This document shows, piece after piece, positions 39,807 through 50,323 of a stretch of 54,502 nt of DNA. How positions within the stretch are numbered: position 1 is the first letter of the stretch; every line of letters starts with the position of its first letter. Position numbers and translations under genes: made by a program. Origin of the DNA: Clostridia bacterium (GTDB lineage Bacteria; Bacillota; Clostridia; UMGS1810); NCBI GenBank assembly GCA_045614005.1, contig JAZLCB010000164.1, positions 1 through 54,502 on the forward strand. Direction: 5' to 3'. The notes under the pieces are model-generated. The model was given only the letters and a program-made list of their open reading frames with translations, was not told the DNA's origin and ran no database searches.

Positions 39807-40817
39807 ATGTCCGATTTACATTTATTACATCAAATCTATACCTATGATAAGTCTTGGTGCTATCAGTATCAGAAGCGTTTGGATACCTTGCAGGAAGACA
39901 TGCGTAATTACAATTGGACTGAGGAAGATATAAAGAATATATCTTTAGATGACTTCAAGTTCCGATATGTGGATTCTGACATCGAGAAGACCCGGGCAAC
40001 GCAGTTCATACAGCGTTACGAGTGGCTTGGCACCGTAGGTTCATTCCCTACGCATTGGTTTATCGCAACATATAAAGGTATCTTGGGCGGTGTCATCATT
40101 ATGAGCATGCCTAACTCTTTCAGTAAGTTACTCGGAGAAGATACTAAGGAGAAGGAGCGTCTGATATCCCGAGGTGCCTCCGCGTCATGGTGCCCGTTCA
40201 ACTTGGGCAGTAAGTTCCTGATGTGGGCTATCCGGTGGATGGTAAACAATACGCAGTATCGTCTGTTCACTTGTTACAGTGACCCCCAAGCCCGCGAGCT
40301 TGGTAGTATCTATCAGGGGTTGAACTTCTATTACTTGGGACAGAATAGCGGAGCTGACATCCGTTGCGTTAATCCTTATAATCCTTCAGTCCTTATATCC
40401 GACAGAGCGTTCCGTGCTAGGAGCATGTATAAGCGCTACGCCAAGGACTTAGGCATTTATTGGCAGAGCAATTGGAGTAATGACCAATCCATGCTTTGGG
40501 AGAATGTCCCGGATGATGTGGAGCGTCAACTGCGTGAATACTCCAAGATGATGTATCAGAAAGCTAAGAAGATAGTATTCCCGAATAAGCACAAATACGC
40601 ATTTGTTTTAGGCAGGGATAAGCGTGAGACTAAGGAACTGCGTAAGCTGTTTGAATCCTTGAACAAGACCTACAGTTATCCTAAAGACCGCGGTGGCGGA
40701 TGCGCTATGCCTTCGGCTGACGGTGACAGTCCGTTCGGTGACCTTACGCTAGCCGAAATTGAGCGTATGACCTCTAAGGGTAAACAGATGAGCTTATTCG
40801 ATTTTCCTATCGATTAA
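39807..40817 (+). CDS. GNAT-fold acyltransferase of the Mom-like type (candidate DNA-modification enzyme)
   Basis: FIQRYEWLG...GILGGVIIMSMP...RLISRGASASWCPFNLGSKFLMWAIRWM...YRLFTCYSDPQARELGSIYQGLNFYYLG fits the pattern I recall for Mom-like proteins (..SyaD....G.IYqA.N..Y.G). ATG 39807 is preferred over GTG 39801. Confidence 0.45.
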   Translation: MSDLHLLHQIYTYDKSWCYQYQKRLDTLQEDMRNYNWTEEDIKNISLDDFKFRYVDSDIEKTRATQFIQRYEWLGTVGSFPTHWFIATYKGILGGVIIMSMPNSFSKLLGEDTKEKERLISRGASASWCPFNLGSKFLMWAIRWMVNNTQYRLFTCYSDPQARELGSIYQGLNFYYLGQNSGADIRCVNPYNPSVLISDRAFRARSMYKRYAKDLGIYWQSNWSNDQSMLWENVPDDVERQLREYSKMMYQKAKKIVFPNKHKYAFVLGRDKRETKELRKLFESLNKTYSYPKDRGGGCAMPSADGDSPFGDLTLAEIERMTSKGKQMSLFDFPID

Positions 40818-40830
40818 ATCGTTAATATAG
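40817..40830 (+). promoter_or_regulatory. class-1 promoter-like motif AATCGTTAATATAG
   Basis: Overlaps the last base of the upstream stop codon (stop at 40815-40817). Lies 32 nt before ATG 40862. Confidence 0.5.
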
Positions 40831-40861
40831 ATATAACCATTATTTCTAGGAGAAGTATGAC

Positions 40862-41419
40862 ATGGACAGTCTTTATAATGTGAAGACCCGACTGACAGAA
40901 GCTTTGGAGATGCGCGACATGACGGCTACGGAACTAGCAAAGCGTTCCGGTGTGAGCAAGAGTAATATTTGTCGATACATGAAGGGCACCATTCAACCCC
41001 GTCCGTCTGCTCTTATCAGTATGGCGGAAGTCCTTCAGGTTTCTCCAATATGGCTACTTGGTTTGGATGTTACGGAAGACAGTGAATCCGTTGATGTCGG
41101 TATAGCCTCTAATCTTGAACAGCAGTTAAAAGCGAAGATAATTCAGACCGCCGGTTCCGTAAACAAGTTTGCCGGTATCTGTGGACTGCCTCAGTCAACT
41201 ATTGCGTCTATGCTGACCCGTGGTGTCGGCAGGACGAGCTTTAATACGATTACAATCGTATGCAAGGCGCTCAATATCAGTATCGATGGTCTGCTTGCCG
41301 GAAAGATTACACCTATGTTGGTCATGGAAGATATGGGTATTGATATCAGTAAGCTGAACAAAGCCAACTTCAACAGATTCGTAGGTTACTATCAGGCGCT
41401 TATCGATTCTCAGGTGTAA
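40862..41419 (+). CDS. XRE-family transcriptional regulator with two HTH domains
   Basis: MTATELAKRSGVSKSNICRYMKG and VNKFAGICGLPQSTIASMLTRG. Confidence 0.7.
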   Translation: MDSLYNVKTRLTEALEMRDMTATELAKRSGVSKSNICRYMKGTIQPRPSALISMAEVLQVSPIWLLGLDVTEDSESVDVGIASNLEQQLKAKIIQTAGSVNKFAGICGLPQSTIASMLTRGVGRTSFNTITIVCKALNISIDGLLAGKITPMLVMEDMGIDISKLNKANFNRFVGYYQALIDSQV

Positions 41420-41423
41420 CGCG

Positions 41424-42422
41424 ATGGATGTAGAACAAGTTTTACATAAATTGGCTGACATGAATTTGGTAAGGCTGAGCCGACCCGTCGGTGACTATTA
41501 CCAAATCTACTGCCCGATTCATAATGATGGTAACGAACGCAAACCGTCATGCGGTGTATTGCTTAATGAGCAGTACAAGAATGGACAGAGGTACCCTCAG
41601 GGATTTACCCACTGCTTCAGTTGCGGTTGGGCTAAATCATTACCGGATACTGTATCTGAGATTCTTAAACGCAGGGGCATCAGTAAGTCCGGTTTGGATT
41701 GGCTTAAAGAGAACATCCCGGGATTTGATGGTGAAGTCTCCGATTTCGACTATCTTCTTCCGCCGGCTCTGACTGCCTCACTTCAGAATAAGTATATAGT
41801 GAATTATATTAATACTCAGTTAAATAAAACTACTCCGGATTATGTGTCCGAGCAGGAGTTGGCTTCATATCGTTTGACAGTTCCTTATATGTACGAGCGT
41901 GGTCTGACGGATGAAATCATCGAGAAGTATGACATAGGGTTCGATGCTAACTTTATACCTGAGGGCAGGAAGAAGCCGTTGCCTTGTGTAACATTCCCGG
42001 TCAAAGACGATAAGGGTAATACACTGTTCTTGTGTCGGAGGTCTGTTCAGGGCAAGTTCTTCCATTATCCCCGAGGTGTGGAAAAGAGTGTCTATGGTCT
42101 GTATGAATTACCTAAGGGTGTCCGGTCGGTATTGGTCTGCGAGAGCTGTTTCAATGCACTGACAGCTATTAAGTACGGCTATCCGGCAGTTGCATTATTA
42201 GGTACCGGAACGACATATGAAATAAATCAGTTAAAGCGTTCCGGAATATCTGAGTTCGTTCTGTGCCTTGATGGTGACGATGCCGGTCAGCGCGGTGCGC
42301 AGAAGTTGAAGAAAGCCCTGAGTTCTGTAGCTATTGTGTGGAATATACAGATGCCACCGGACAAAGATGTGAACGACTGTACTAAAGAAGAATTTGATAG
42401 GTTTTATGCGTCCCGTGAATAA
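41424..42422 (+). CDS. dnaG: DnaG-type DNA primase (CHC2 zinc finger plus TOPRIM)
   Basis: CPIHNDGNERKPSCGV...CFSCGW. TOPRIM VLVCESCFNALT...LDGDDAGQRGAQKL. Confidence 0.8.
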   Translation: MDVEQVLHKLADMNLVRLSRPVGDYYQIYCPIHNDGNERKPSCGVLLNEQYKNGQRYPQGFTHCFSCGWAKSLPDTVSEILKRRGISKSGLDWLKENIPGFDGEVSDFDYLLPPALTASLQNKYIVNYINTQLNKTTPDYVSEQELASYRLTVPYMYERGLTDEIIEKYDIGFDANFIPEGRKKPLPCVTFPVKDDKGNTLFLCRRSVQGKFFHYPRGVEKSVYGLYELPKGVRSVLVCESCFNALTAIKYGYPAVALLGTGTTYEINQLKRSGISEFVLCLDGDDAGQRGAQKLKKALSSVAIVWNIQMPPDKDVNDCTKEEFDRFYASRE

Positions 42423-42456
42423 ATGTTACAACTGTGTGACATCGAAATATTGGTAG

Positions 42457-42483
42457 TTTACATTCAAAAATTAATGATATAAT
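42457..42483 (+). promoter_or_regulatory. extended -10 sigmaA-like promoter (TTTACA, 15 nt, TGaTATAAT)
   Basis: -35 at 42457-42462, TG at 42475-42476, TATAAT at 42478-42483, in a 132-bp gap. Confidence 0.45.
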
Positions 42484-42554
42484 TAGACTGTAAGTTGGCA
42501 CCATAAACGCCTAGAAGCAAATCAACAGAAATACAAGAGTATAGGAGATTAGGT

Positions 42555-43244
42555 ATGGCTACTACTAATTATCAGTTCATTCAGACGCGCAACATGTTCC
42601 GTGAATATCTCACGGGCTATCCCAAGAACTTAACATACGACGAATGGAGCAAGGCAGAACCCGATGATAAGGCGGCCTTGCTTTTTGTTACCTTCTTTCA
42701 GGAAATCACACTCGCTTGGTTCAACGCAGTCATCGCTCCGGGCGTTGTGTATGTTTCTCAGGAAGATGGTGTCAGCACGGTTCTTCAGTACCTTATGAAG
42801 AATGTTGAGAAGATTTCCGAGGAAGCCGAGAGGTACGCCCCTGAGTACATCTACACCGTTTCTTACAAGTGTCTTCTCAGCTTGGGCGCTACTCGTAGTA
42901 CCGATAAGCTCAGGAGCGACTGTGAGATTTCCAACGAGTACACTGAGGGTGATGTTGATGTCGATTTCTTTGACCTCGTTCCTATGAATGACGAGGACTA
43001 TGAGACGGCTAAGGTTAAGGAAGCCGTTTGGGAAATCATCAGGAAGATGGGACCTAAGGCAGAGAAGGTTGCCAACCACCTCATCAATCCCACGGATACC
43101 CTTCACAAGATTCACCGCAGTTCGTCGGAGCGCCCGACAGACCGCTTGGCGGACATCTCAGTTTCTAAGGCTGAGTATGACGCTATCATCGCCGAGTTTA
43201 AGATTAAGCTCGCTCCCTACAAGGACATCCTTTTCGGAATCTGA
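42555..43244 (+). CDS. hypothetical protein (weak sigma/region-4-like C-terminus)
   Basis: 229-aa ORF with TAGGAGA upstream and its own promoter. C-terminal RLADISVSKAEYDAIIAEFKIKL is HTH-like. Not a confident family call. Confidence 0.5.
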   Translation: MATTNYQFIQTRNMFREYLTGYPKNLTYDEWSKAEPDDKAALLFVTFFQEITLAWFNAVIAPGVVYVSQEDGVSTVLQYLMKNVEKISEEAERYAPEYIYTVSYKCLLSLGATRSTDKLRSDCEISNEYTEGDVDVDFFDLVPMNDEDYETAKVKEAVWEIIRKMGPKAEKVANHLINPTDTLHKIHRSSSERPTDRLADISVSKAEYDAIIAEFKIKLAPYKDILFGI

Positions 43245-43296
43245 CCGGTAGGGCACAATTTGGTAATACACGGTTGGGGGATTATTTTATTCTCCC

Positions 43297-43310
43297 AATC
43301 GTTATTATAT
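43297..43310 (+). promoter_or_regulatory. class-1 promoter-like motif AATCGTTATTATAT
   Basis: Exact consensus, intergenic, 63 nt before ATG 43373. Confidence 0.5.
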
Positions 43311-43372
43311 TTAGGTATAAGTTTTATACGAAACCGAAAGTAACTAAAGTCAAAATCAGGAGGACATGACAA

Positions 43373-44134
43373 ATGGGTTTCAAAAGTATCGACACTTACA
43401 ACGACGAGAGGTACCGCTTTCAGTTCAAGCTTGCTGAAGATAAGCACAGCGCTGATGTAGTATTTCTGTATAGGAGCAAAGCAGATATGCTTGTAGCTCA
43501 GGCACATTACATTAAAACCCCGGACTATGACGGGTTTGTTCACTGCTGTGGTAAGGGATGCCCTGCATGCAAGAAGGGTATCAAGACGCAGACTAGGATT
43601 TTCATCCCTCTTTACAATATCAATAAGATTGACCCCGATACCAATCAGCCGGGTGTTATCGAATTTTGGGATAGGTCAACTCGATTTGAGCCTCAGTTCC
43701 AAAAGGATGTTTTTGACAACTATGCGAATCCCTCCGAGTATGTTTTCACTATTACGCGTCATGGCGTTTCCGGTGATGTGAATACAACATATTCGATTGA
43801 CCTTGCCGGCAGGAACTCATTTATGTCTTATGAGCAAATCTTGGCTAAGTTCAATGCTAAGATGCCGGACTACTACGAGAACCTTATTAAGGATATTCCG
43901 GCGGATAAGCTTGAAACCATGATTTATTCGCAGAAGTCTGTATCTTCGGCTATGACGCAGGACTATGTACCGGTACCCCGTGCGGGATATCAGTCATCTA
44001 TTCCTGATACATATGTAAATGCCTCGGAGGCTGTCAGTGCCACCAATGTTGTTCCGGATGACGAGAGTTTGATGGATATGGATGAGGGAGATGAAGGCGA
44101 AGGTGAACTCCCTCCCGCACCTACTACTTTCTAA
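43373..44134 (+). CDS. gp32-like single-stranded DNA-binding protein
   Basis: Zinc cluster HCCGKGCPACKKG. Acidic C-terminal tail DESLMDMDEGDEGEGE. Sits directly upstream of the polymerase. Confidence 0.55.
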   Translation: MGFKSIDTYNDERYRFQFKLAEDKHSADVVFLYRSKADMLVAQAHYIKTPDYDGFVHCCGKGCPACKKGIKTQTRIFIPLYNINKIDPDTNQPGVIEFWDRSTRFEPQFQKDVFDNYANPSEYVFTITRHGVSGDVNTTYSIDLAGRNSFMSYEQILAKFNAKMPDYYENLIKDIPADKLETMIYSQKSVSSAMTQDYVPVPRAGYQSSIPDTYVNASEAVSATNVVPDDESLMDMDEGDEGEGELPPAPTTF

Positions 44135-44178
44135 TATAGGAGTTCTAGGCAGTTTCACAACATTCTGAGGTATTTTAG

Positions 44179-47016
44179 ATGGGATTATTTTCAGATGCCC
44201 AAATGGACCAAATCAACGCGGTCGCGAAGAAGTCCAAGGAAGTTTTGAAACCCGTACAAGTATCTAAAAGTATTACACTATCACAGCATGAGATAGAGGC
44301 TTCTACCCGTGCTGTGATGGAATACTTTGGGGATAGCCCCGCAATATTGATAACGAGTAGGGAGCAGTTGCACGAATATGTGCTGAAAGCAATCGAAAGC
44401 GGGTATTGCGGGATAGATACGGAAACTACGGGATTAGACCGTATTCACGATACTATTGTAGGCGCTTCACTCTACTATCCCGGTGGGGTGGAGTGTTATA
44501 TTCCCTGCAAGCATATAGTCCCGATATTCAACACGCCGTATAAGAATCAGCTCACCTACGAAGAAGTTCAGGCTGAGTTCCAACTGTTCGTAGATGCCAA
44601 GACCAAGATGATATTTGCTAACGCGGACTTCGACTTGGCTATGATTTACAAGGACTTGCATGTAGATATGATTCCGGTCTGCTATTACGATGTCATCCTT
44701 GCTTGGCGCTGTTTGAAGGAGAACGAGCCTAAGAACGGATTAAAACAACTCTATTCTAAATATGTCATGGGCGGTACAACCGACCCGAAGAAGTTCTCAG
44801 ACTTCTTCAGTCCGGCACTGTTCCCGTTCTGTAAGCCGGATGTAGCCAAGCTATATGCGGCCAACGACGCGAAAATCACATTTGAGCTGTTCCGTTGGCA
44901 GTTGCCTTATGTAACCAAAGCGCATCCCAAGTGTCAGAAAAACCATTTGGAAAAGATAGCAGACCTCGTTTGGAATATCGAGTTCCCTATGATTCGCGTT
45001 TGTGCTTTAATGCACCGCACCGGTATTTACTTTGACCGGTCAACTTCGGCTGTTCTCAAAGTTCGTTACCACGCTCGTTTGGATAAGGAAGCCGGTGTCC
45101 TTGCCGATATGGTTAAGGATGTTATCGCTAAGACCGATGCAGTAACTCTTGGAAAATCTCCGTTTAAGACGAGTAAAGAGTTCAATTGGTCTAGTAACAA
45201 CCATGTAAAATATCTGCTTATAGATATGATGGGCTTAGACATCAAGTCCACTGATAAGTCCGTACTTAAAAAGTTGAAGCTTCCAATGACTACTCAGTTG
45301 TTGAAGGTTAGGAGCTTAAAGACCTTAATCGGTTCGTTCGTGGATAAACTCCCGGATGTTACCGGAGATGACGGCAGGGTACATTCTACCTTTAAGAGTA
45401 TCGGAGCCGATACCGGTCGTATGGCTAGTGCTGACCCGAATGTTCAGAATATCCCGTCACACGCGTTGGATATCCGTCATCAGTTCAGAGCTACCCCGGC
45501 GATGGAGAAGCATCTTCAGTGTACGCCTATCGATGGTACCGTCACCATCACTTTAGACAGCTATGATTCTGTTACTACCATGTTTGAGGGTAAGCCGTGC
45601 GATGTCATCGATTTGAAGGTTGATGATAGGATTGCCTTATACAATACGGATGAAACCTATCTCTGTGTTAATGAGGTTATCCATACTTTACCTACTACTA
45701 CCCTCAAATGTAGTCTTTTAGGCAGACCGGTGGATAAGTGCTATGTTAGGCATGTAACTCCGCCCTATGTCATATTGTCTAGCGACTACTCGCAACAAGA
45801 GCCGAAAATGACTGCGTTTGTGTCCCAAGACCCGAACATGCTGAAGGCATTTAAGGAGGGTAAGGATATCTATGCAACCATCGCTTCATTGGCGTTCAAG
45901 GTTCCTTATGAAGAATGTATGGAGTTCAACCCTATTACCGGAGCTAATCAGCCCGAGGGTAAGGAGCGTAGAGGCTATGCCAAAGTCATGGTACTTGGTA
46001 TCTGTTATGGTATGTCCACTATGACCATCGGCGAATCGCTGTTCGGCGGAGACGAATCGATGACGGTTGAAGCCAAGACAAAGCGAGCCGAAGAAATCTA
46101 TGATGCCGTGCTTGGCGCTTTTCCTAACCTGAAGGCGTTCATGGAGAAGGCTCAGAACGATGCCCGTAAGTATGGTTTCGTTGAGACTATTCTTGGCAGA
46201 CGCAGACACATCCCGGACATGCAGTTAAAGCCTTATGAGTTTGTACCTGATAAGGGTTATGTAAATCCGGACATTGACCCGTTAGACCCGAAGACCCTGA
46301 AGAATAAGAACGAGATTCCGGCAAGGATTATTGCCAAGCTCGAAAAGGAATTTGCCCGGTACGAGTATAAGGGACAGATTTATAGGCGCATGCGTGAGTT
46401 GGCAGACTTTGACCATATCAAGGTTATTGATAATACAAAGCTCATCGCCGAGGCTACGCGTAAGTGCGTCAACAGTATCATTCAGGGCAGTGCGGCCGAG
46501 CTGACGAAGATAGCGATTCTTAAAGTGTTCAATGACAAAGAGTGGCATGAAATCGGAGGTCGTATCTTACTTCCGGTTCACGATGAGTTTATTGCCGAGG
46601 CTCCTATCCGTAATGCCGATAAGGCAGGCGAGATTCTGAGCAGGCTTATGAGCGAAGCCGGCAACTTCCTGCCGTTCAAGATTAACTGCGATGTTACTAC
46701 TACACTGAGATGGTATGGTCTTGCATACCCTTGCATTTACACTAAGCCCGCATCCATCGAAGACCCGGCTAGTCTTACTGAATCAGAAATCACATGGGTT
46801 CAGTATCATCTGTTCGAGATGGAATACCCCCTTCCCGTTCATAAGAAGGACGGTGTTAAGTTGGAGGGCGATAAGGCTCTCGGCGTTGATGGCGAGTGGT
46901 CTGAAGATATGGACAAATTCATATCTGATTACATCAATCGTTATCATATAAGTAAGGATGATTTTATAAATCACATCGAAGACAAAGTAGTGTTCAATTT
47001 ACAGCAAGTATCATAA
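44179..47016 (+). CDS. polA: family A DNA polymerase with 3'-5' exonuclease domain
   Basis: Exo I GIDTETTGLD, Exo II ANADFDLAMI, Exo III YAANDAKITFELF. Motif A LSSDYSQQEPKM, motif B RRGYAKVMVLGICYGMS, QGSAAE, motif C LLPVHDEFIAEAP. Confidence 0.92.
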   Translation: MGLFSDAQMDQINAVAKKSKEVLKPVQVSKSITLSQHEIEASTRAVMEYFGDSPAILITSREQLHEYVLKAIESGYCGIDTETTGLDRIHDTIVGASLYYPGGVECYIPCKHIVPIFNTPYKNQLTYEEVQAEFQLFVDAKTKMIFANADFDLAMIYKDLHVDMIPVCYYDVILAWRCLKENEPKNGLKQLYSKYVMGGTTDPKKFSDFFSPALFPFCKPDVAKLYAANDAKITFELFRWQLPYVTKAHPKCQKNHLEKIADLVWNIEFPMIRVCALMHRTGIYFDRSTSAVLKVRYHARLDKEAGVLADMVKDVIAKTDAVTLGKSPFKTSKEFNWSSNNHVKYLLIDMMGLDIKSTDKSVLKKLKLPMTTQLLKVRSLKTLIGSFVDKLPDVTGDDGRVHSTFKSIGADTGRMASADPNVQNIPSHALDIRHQFRATPAMEKHLQCTPIDGTVTITLDSYDSVTTMFEGKPCDVIDLKVDDRIALYNTDETYLCVNEVIHTLPTTTLKCSLLGRPVDKCYVRHVTPPYVILSSDYSQQEPKMTAFVSQDPNMLKAFKEGKDIYATIASLAFKVPYEECMEFNPITGANQPEGKERRGYAKVMVLGICYGMSTMTIGESLFGGDESMTVEAKTKRAEEIYDAVLGAFPNLKAFMEKAQNDARKYGFVETILGRRRHIPDMQLKPYEFVPDKGYVNPDIDPLDPKTLKNKNEIPARIIAKLEKEFARYEYKGQIYRRMRELADFDHIKVIDNTKLIAEATRKCVNSIIQGSAAELTKIAILKVFNDKEWHEIGGRILLPVHDEFIAEAPIRNADKAGEILSRLMSEAGNFLPFKINCDVTTTLRWYGLAYPCIYTKPASIEDPASLTESEITWVQYHLFEMEYPLPVHKKDGVKLEGDKALGVDGEWSEDMDKFISDYINRYHISKDDFINHIEDKVVFNLQQVS
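46936..46949 (+). promoter_or_regulatory. class-1-like motif AATCGTTATCATAT inside the polymerase 3' end
   Basis: One mismatch to the consensus. Lies 84 nt before the clamp gene start. Confidence 0.25.
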
Positions 47017-47032
47017 ATGGAGGAATCTACAC

Positions 47033-48163
47033 ATGAAATTTACTTTGAGTACCAAGCCGTTGAAGACTGTTATGGGTCTTGGCATTATCAAGGCAAACAT
47101 CACTAAGTTTTACTACAGAAGTAATCTCGTTCAGCTTACGGCTACCCGCGACACGCTTAAAGTTAATATTGAGGCGACCGGGATTAAAACGAGAATGGTT
47201 TTGAAGGGTTCCGGTGACACAGACACTTCGGCTTCCATCATTGTCGATTGTTCTAAGTTCAAGAACCTCATCGACAGCATCGAAAACGATGTCGTGACTT
47301 TGGAGTTTATCGACAACGGACTGTATGTTCATGCCGGTACGAGTAAGTTTGCCATCCCTCAGGTATTGGATGTCAATGATGTTCAGCTCACTGAGCCTAT
47401 TGACCAATACTCTACAACGGGCGCAGTTGTAATCAAGCCCGCTGAGTGGCAGTTCGTAAAAGACCATCAGTTGTATGCTCTGTCTGAATCAGAGACGCGT
47501 CCGGTCTATAAGAATGTATGGGTTAGCGATAAGAAGGACATCATCACCGGCGACATGGACAGAGGCTTGTTTGTCTATTCCAAGGCATGCGACTTCGGTA
47601 GTACCTGCCTCCTGCCGGCATCTTTAGTCAATCTGTTTACAACTATTCCGGAGAGTGCCGTGATTTCTAAGGCGGATAGGGATTATGTCCTGACCATCGA
47701 GGCAGATAGCTATACGATGATTACTCAGTTCACTCCGAGATACGAGGATGATGAATCCGTAGGCAGTTATCATGCTGAGATTGTCCTTGATAAGTTCAAG
47801 CATCCGGATGAGTTCATCACTTTGGACATTGTGCCGGTGGTTAAGTTCATTAATCAGAATGCTATCTTGGCTAACTCCGATAAGGATAAGGTGCTGAACT
47901 TTACGGTCGATAATAAGACGCTTACGCTTTCAACAGTTTCCAACAGCTACTCCATGCCCGTAGAGGCTACTAAGAACTACACGGTCAACTTCGATATCGA
48001 CTACATCAAGAGCGTATTGGCTAACTTCGATACCGATAGGATTAACTTGGCTCCTATGAGCAGAGCGATAGAGGATGACAATGGCAAGCCCGTTGAGCAG
48101 GTTTACGGCTTCATCTTTTGGTCGGATACACTCACAACAGTTCTTGCCGGTAAGGGAATGTAA
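47033..48163 (+). CDS. dnaN: DNA polymerase III beta-type sliding clamp
   Basis: 376 aa, which is typical for DnaN. MKFTLSTKPL start typical of DnaN. Sits between the polymerase and the clamp loader. GGAGGA upstream. Confidence 0.55.
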   Translation: MKFTLSTKPLKTVMGLGIIKANITKFYYRSNLVQLTATRDTLKVNIEATGIKTRMVLKGSGDTDTSASIIVDCSKFKNLIDSIENDVVTLEFIDNGLYVHAGTSKFAIPQVLDVNDVQLTEPIDQYSTTGAVVIKPAEWQFVKDHQLYALSESETRPVYKNVWVSDKKDIITGDMDRGLFVYSKACDFGSTCLLPASLVNLFTTIPESAVISKADRDYVLTIEADSYTMITQFTPRYEDDESVGSYHAEIVLDKFKHPDEFITLDIVPVVKFINQNAILANSDKDKVLNFTVDNKTLTLSTVSNSYSMPVEATKNYTVNFDIDYIKSVLANFDTDRINLAPMSRAIEDDNGKPVEQVYGFIFWSDTLTTVLAGKGM

Positions 48164-48939
48164 TGGGCTTTCAGTCAATAGAAAGTTTACATAAGGCTAG
48201 GTTCAACTCGTCATCGAGCTGTGAGTTCCTTGATTTGTACGAGCAGGCTTTAGACGAATCCATCCTTGCTGAGGAAGAAGATACGCCGTCTAAGACTTTT
48301 GCACCATCCCAAATCCGGTGCAAGCGAATCAGTTGGTTTCGTCTTAGGGGCGTAGCTCCTGAAAAGGAAAAGGTGGTTGACCGGACAATGAGCTTCACGG
48401 CTCAGGTTGGTACGGCATGCCATCAGACCATTCAGGAGATTTTATCCAAGAGGCTTGGCAAGGATTGGATAGATGTCTCTGAGTACATCAAGTGGATGGG
48501 ACTGCCTTATAAATACACTTGTTATAACCGTGGCTATGAAACCAAGGTTGAGATATTCGAGCCGGTACCGATAAAGTTTGCACCGGACGGAATCATCTTT
48601 TGGAAGGGCAAGTATTGGCTCCTTGAAATCAAGACATCAGATTATCAGAGCTTTGAGAAGCTTACAGACATCAAGCCACAACACTTAGACCAAGTGCGGT
48701 GCTATTGTACGCTCCTACGCCTTAATAATGCGTTGGTTTTATATCAGGATAGGGTCAATGGTACCTTTAAGTGCTATGAGGTCAAGATAACCAAGGATGA
48801 CATGAATCAGGTGTGGTCAATGTTCTCGGAGGTTCAAGATGCTGTAGCCAAGAACATCCCTCCGGCTAAATTACCTAAGGGCGATACATGGTGTACGCCT
48901 AGCCGGTGCCGGTATTTCTACAAGTGTAAAGAGTGGTAG
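48163..48939 (+). CDS. PD-(D/E)XK nuclease, Cas4/RecB-like with Cys cluster
   Basis: APDGIIFW..YWLLEIKTSDY (D...E.K). One N-terminal Cys (IRCKR) plus C-terminal CTPSRCRYFYKC. Confidence 0.6.
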   Translation: MGFQSIESLHKARFNSSSSCEFLDLYEQALDESILAEEEDTPSKTFAPSQIRCKRISWFRLRGVAPEKEKVVDRTMSFTAQVGTACHQTIQEILSKRLGKDWIDVSEYIKWMGLPYKYTCYNRGYETKVEIFEPVPIKFAPDGIIFWKGKYWLLEIKTSDYQSFEKLTDIKPQHLDQVRCYCTLLRLNNALVLYQDRVNGTFKCYEVKITKDDMNQVWSMFSEVQDAVAKNIPPAKLPKGDTWCTPSRCRYFYKCKEW

Positions 48940-48960
48940 CGACCGTTATTCTCCGGTCAT

Positions 48961-48974
48961 AATCGTTATTATAT
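48961..48974 (+). promoter_or_regulatory. class-1 promoter-like motif AATCGTTATTATAT
   Basis: Exact consensus, 12 nt before ATG 48987. Confidence 0.5.
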
Positions 48975-48986
48975 GTGGGAGAATCT

Positions 48987-49280
48987 ATGCAAATATCTAT
49001 TTTAGGAATACCGTTTGAAATCGAAGAAGTCGATAATATCGAACCTATCTGCCGGGATGAGATTATTCAGGGCAGAGTGCTTCACAGCGAGGGACGAATA
49101 CTTCTGCGTAAAAGTTTGCCTGATGCGTTAAAGCGTCAGGTACTTATTCATGAATGGGTTCACGGGGCACTTACGATGCTAGGGCATGAAGAAATGTCTA
49201 ATGACGAAGCCTTTGTTCAGGGACTTACTATAGCAATAAATCAGACTTTCAGCCCGACTATAACCCGTGGGGAGGATTAG
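48987..49280 (+). CDS. small HExxH zinc metallopeptidase-like protein (ImmA/IrrE-like motif)
   Basis: QVLIHEWVHGAL. 97 aa. ATG 48987 follows GGGAGA. Confidence 0.45.
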   Translation: MQISILGIPFEIEEVDNIEPICRDEIIQGRVLHSEGRILLRKSLPDALKRQVLIHEWVHGALTMLGHEEMSNDEAFVQGLTIAINQTFSPTITRGED

Positions 49281-49285
49281 GCTTA

Positions 49286-50320
49286 ATGAGCTTGGCTAAT
49301 AAATACAGACCTAGTGACTTTGATTCGGTTATTGGTCAGAAGGTAATCGTTGACATAGTTAAGACTATGTGCGAATCATCCCGCCTGAGCAACCGGAATT
49401 TTCTGTTTACCGGTCCTGCCGGGTGCGGTAAGACTACGCTTGGGCGACTGATAGCCAAAACCCTCAACGGCAATATGCAGAATATCATCGAGGTCGATGC
49501 GGCCTCCCACAGCGGAGTTGATGATGTTCGCGAACTTATCCGTGAGGCTTCTCAGTTCCCGATGGGCAGTAGGTATAAGATAATCATCTGTGACGAGGCG
49601 CATAGCTTTTCCAATACGGCATGGCAGGCGTTTCTTAAATGTTTGGAAGAACAAGTTGCTAGCACAGTATGGATTTTCTGTACTACGAATCCGGAGAAAA
49701 TCCCGGACACTATCATCTCTAGGGTACAGACCTTTAAGCTGTCCAAGATAAGCGCTGAGAATATCTACAAGCGTCTGAAGTTCATTTTGGATTCGGAGAT
49801 AAGTTCCGGCAGGGAGATTACTTACGAGGACGAGGCTTTGTCATATTTGGCGCGTTTGGCTAATGGCGGTCTGCGTGATGCCATCACCATGCTTGATAAG
49901 ACATTGGCGTTCGGTAACAATGTTACATCCGAACTCCTTGTAAAGGCATTAGACCTTCCGGACTACGATGATTACTTTAATCTGCTTAACGCTTTGGTCA
50001 AGAAGGACAATGCTGAAATCACCAAAATCGTGGATGAAGTCAGCAATTCAGGTACCAATTTCGTGAAGTGGTTTGAGGGGTTCCACAGCTTCTTGTGTAA
50101 CATTGTTAAATTCGTATTCCTGAGGGATATTACTCGAACGATGATTCCGTACCACTATCAGGATAAGTTATCTAAGTACGGGGACGCTCATGTGTTTATC
50201 TGTCTTAAAACGGCGAATGTCGTTATGAATATGAATAAGGATTTGAAACTTACCCAATATCAGGCGGAAACAGCTATGACCTATCTGTGTACGCCAACAA
50301 CACCAAAATCAGGAGGATGA
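49286..50320 (+). CDS. dnaX: clamp-loader AAA+ ATPase (DNA polymerase III gamma/tau-like)
   Basis: KYRPSDFDSVIGQ, FTGPAGCGKTT, IICDEAH, SRVQTF, GGLRDA. Confidence 0.85.
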   Translation: MSLANKYRPSDFDSVIGQKVIVDIVKTMCESSRLSNRNFLFTGPAGCGKTTLGRLIAKTLNGNMQNIIEVDAASHSGVDDVRELIREASQFPMGSRYKIIICDEAHSFSNTAWQAFLKCLEEQVASTVWIFCTTNPEKIPDTIISRVQTFKLSKISAENIYKRLKFILDSEISSGREITYEDEALSYLARLANGGLRDAITMLDKTLAFGNNVTSELLVKALDLPDYDDYFNLLNALVKKDNAEITKIVDEVSNSGTNFVKWFEGFHSFLCNIVKFVFLRDITRTMIPYHYQDKLSKYGDAHVFICLKTANVVMNMNKDLKLTQYQAETAMTYLCTPTTPKSGG

Positions 50321-50323
50321 TTT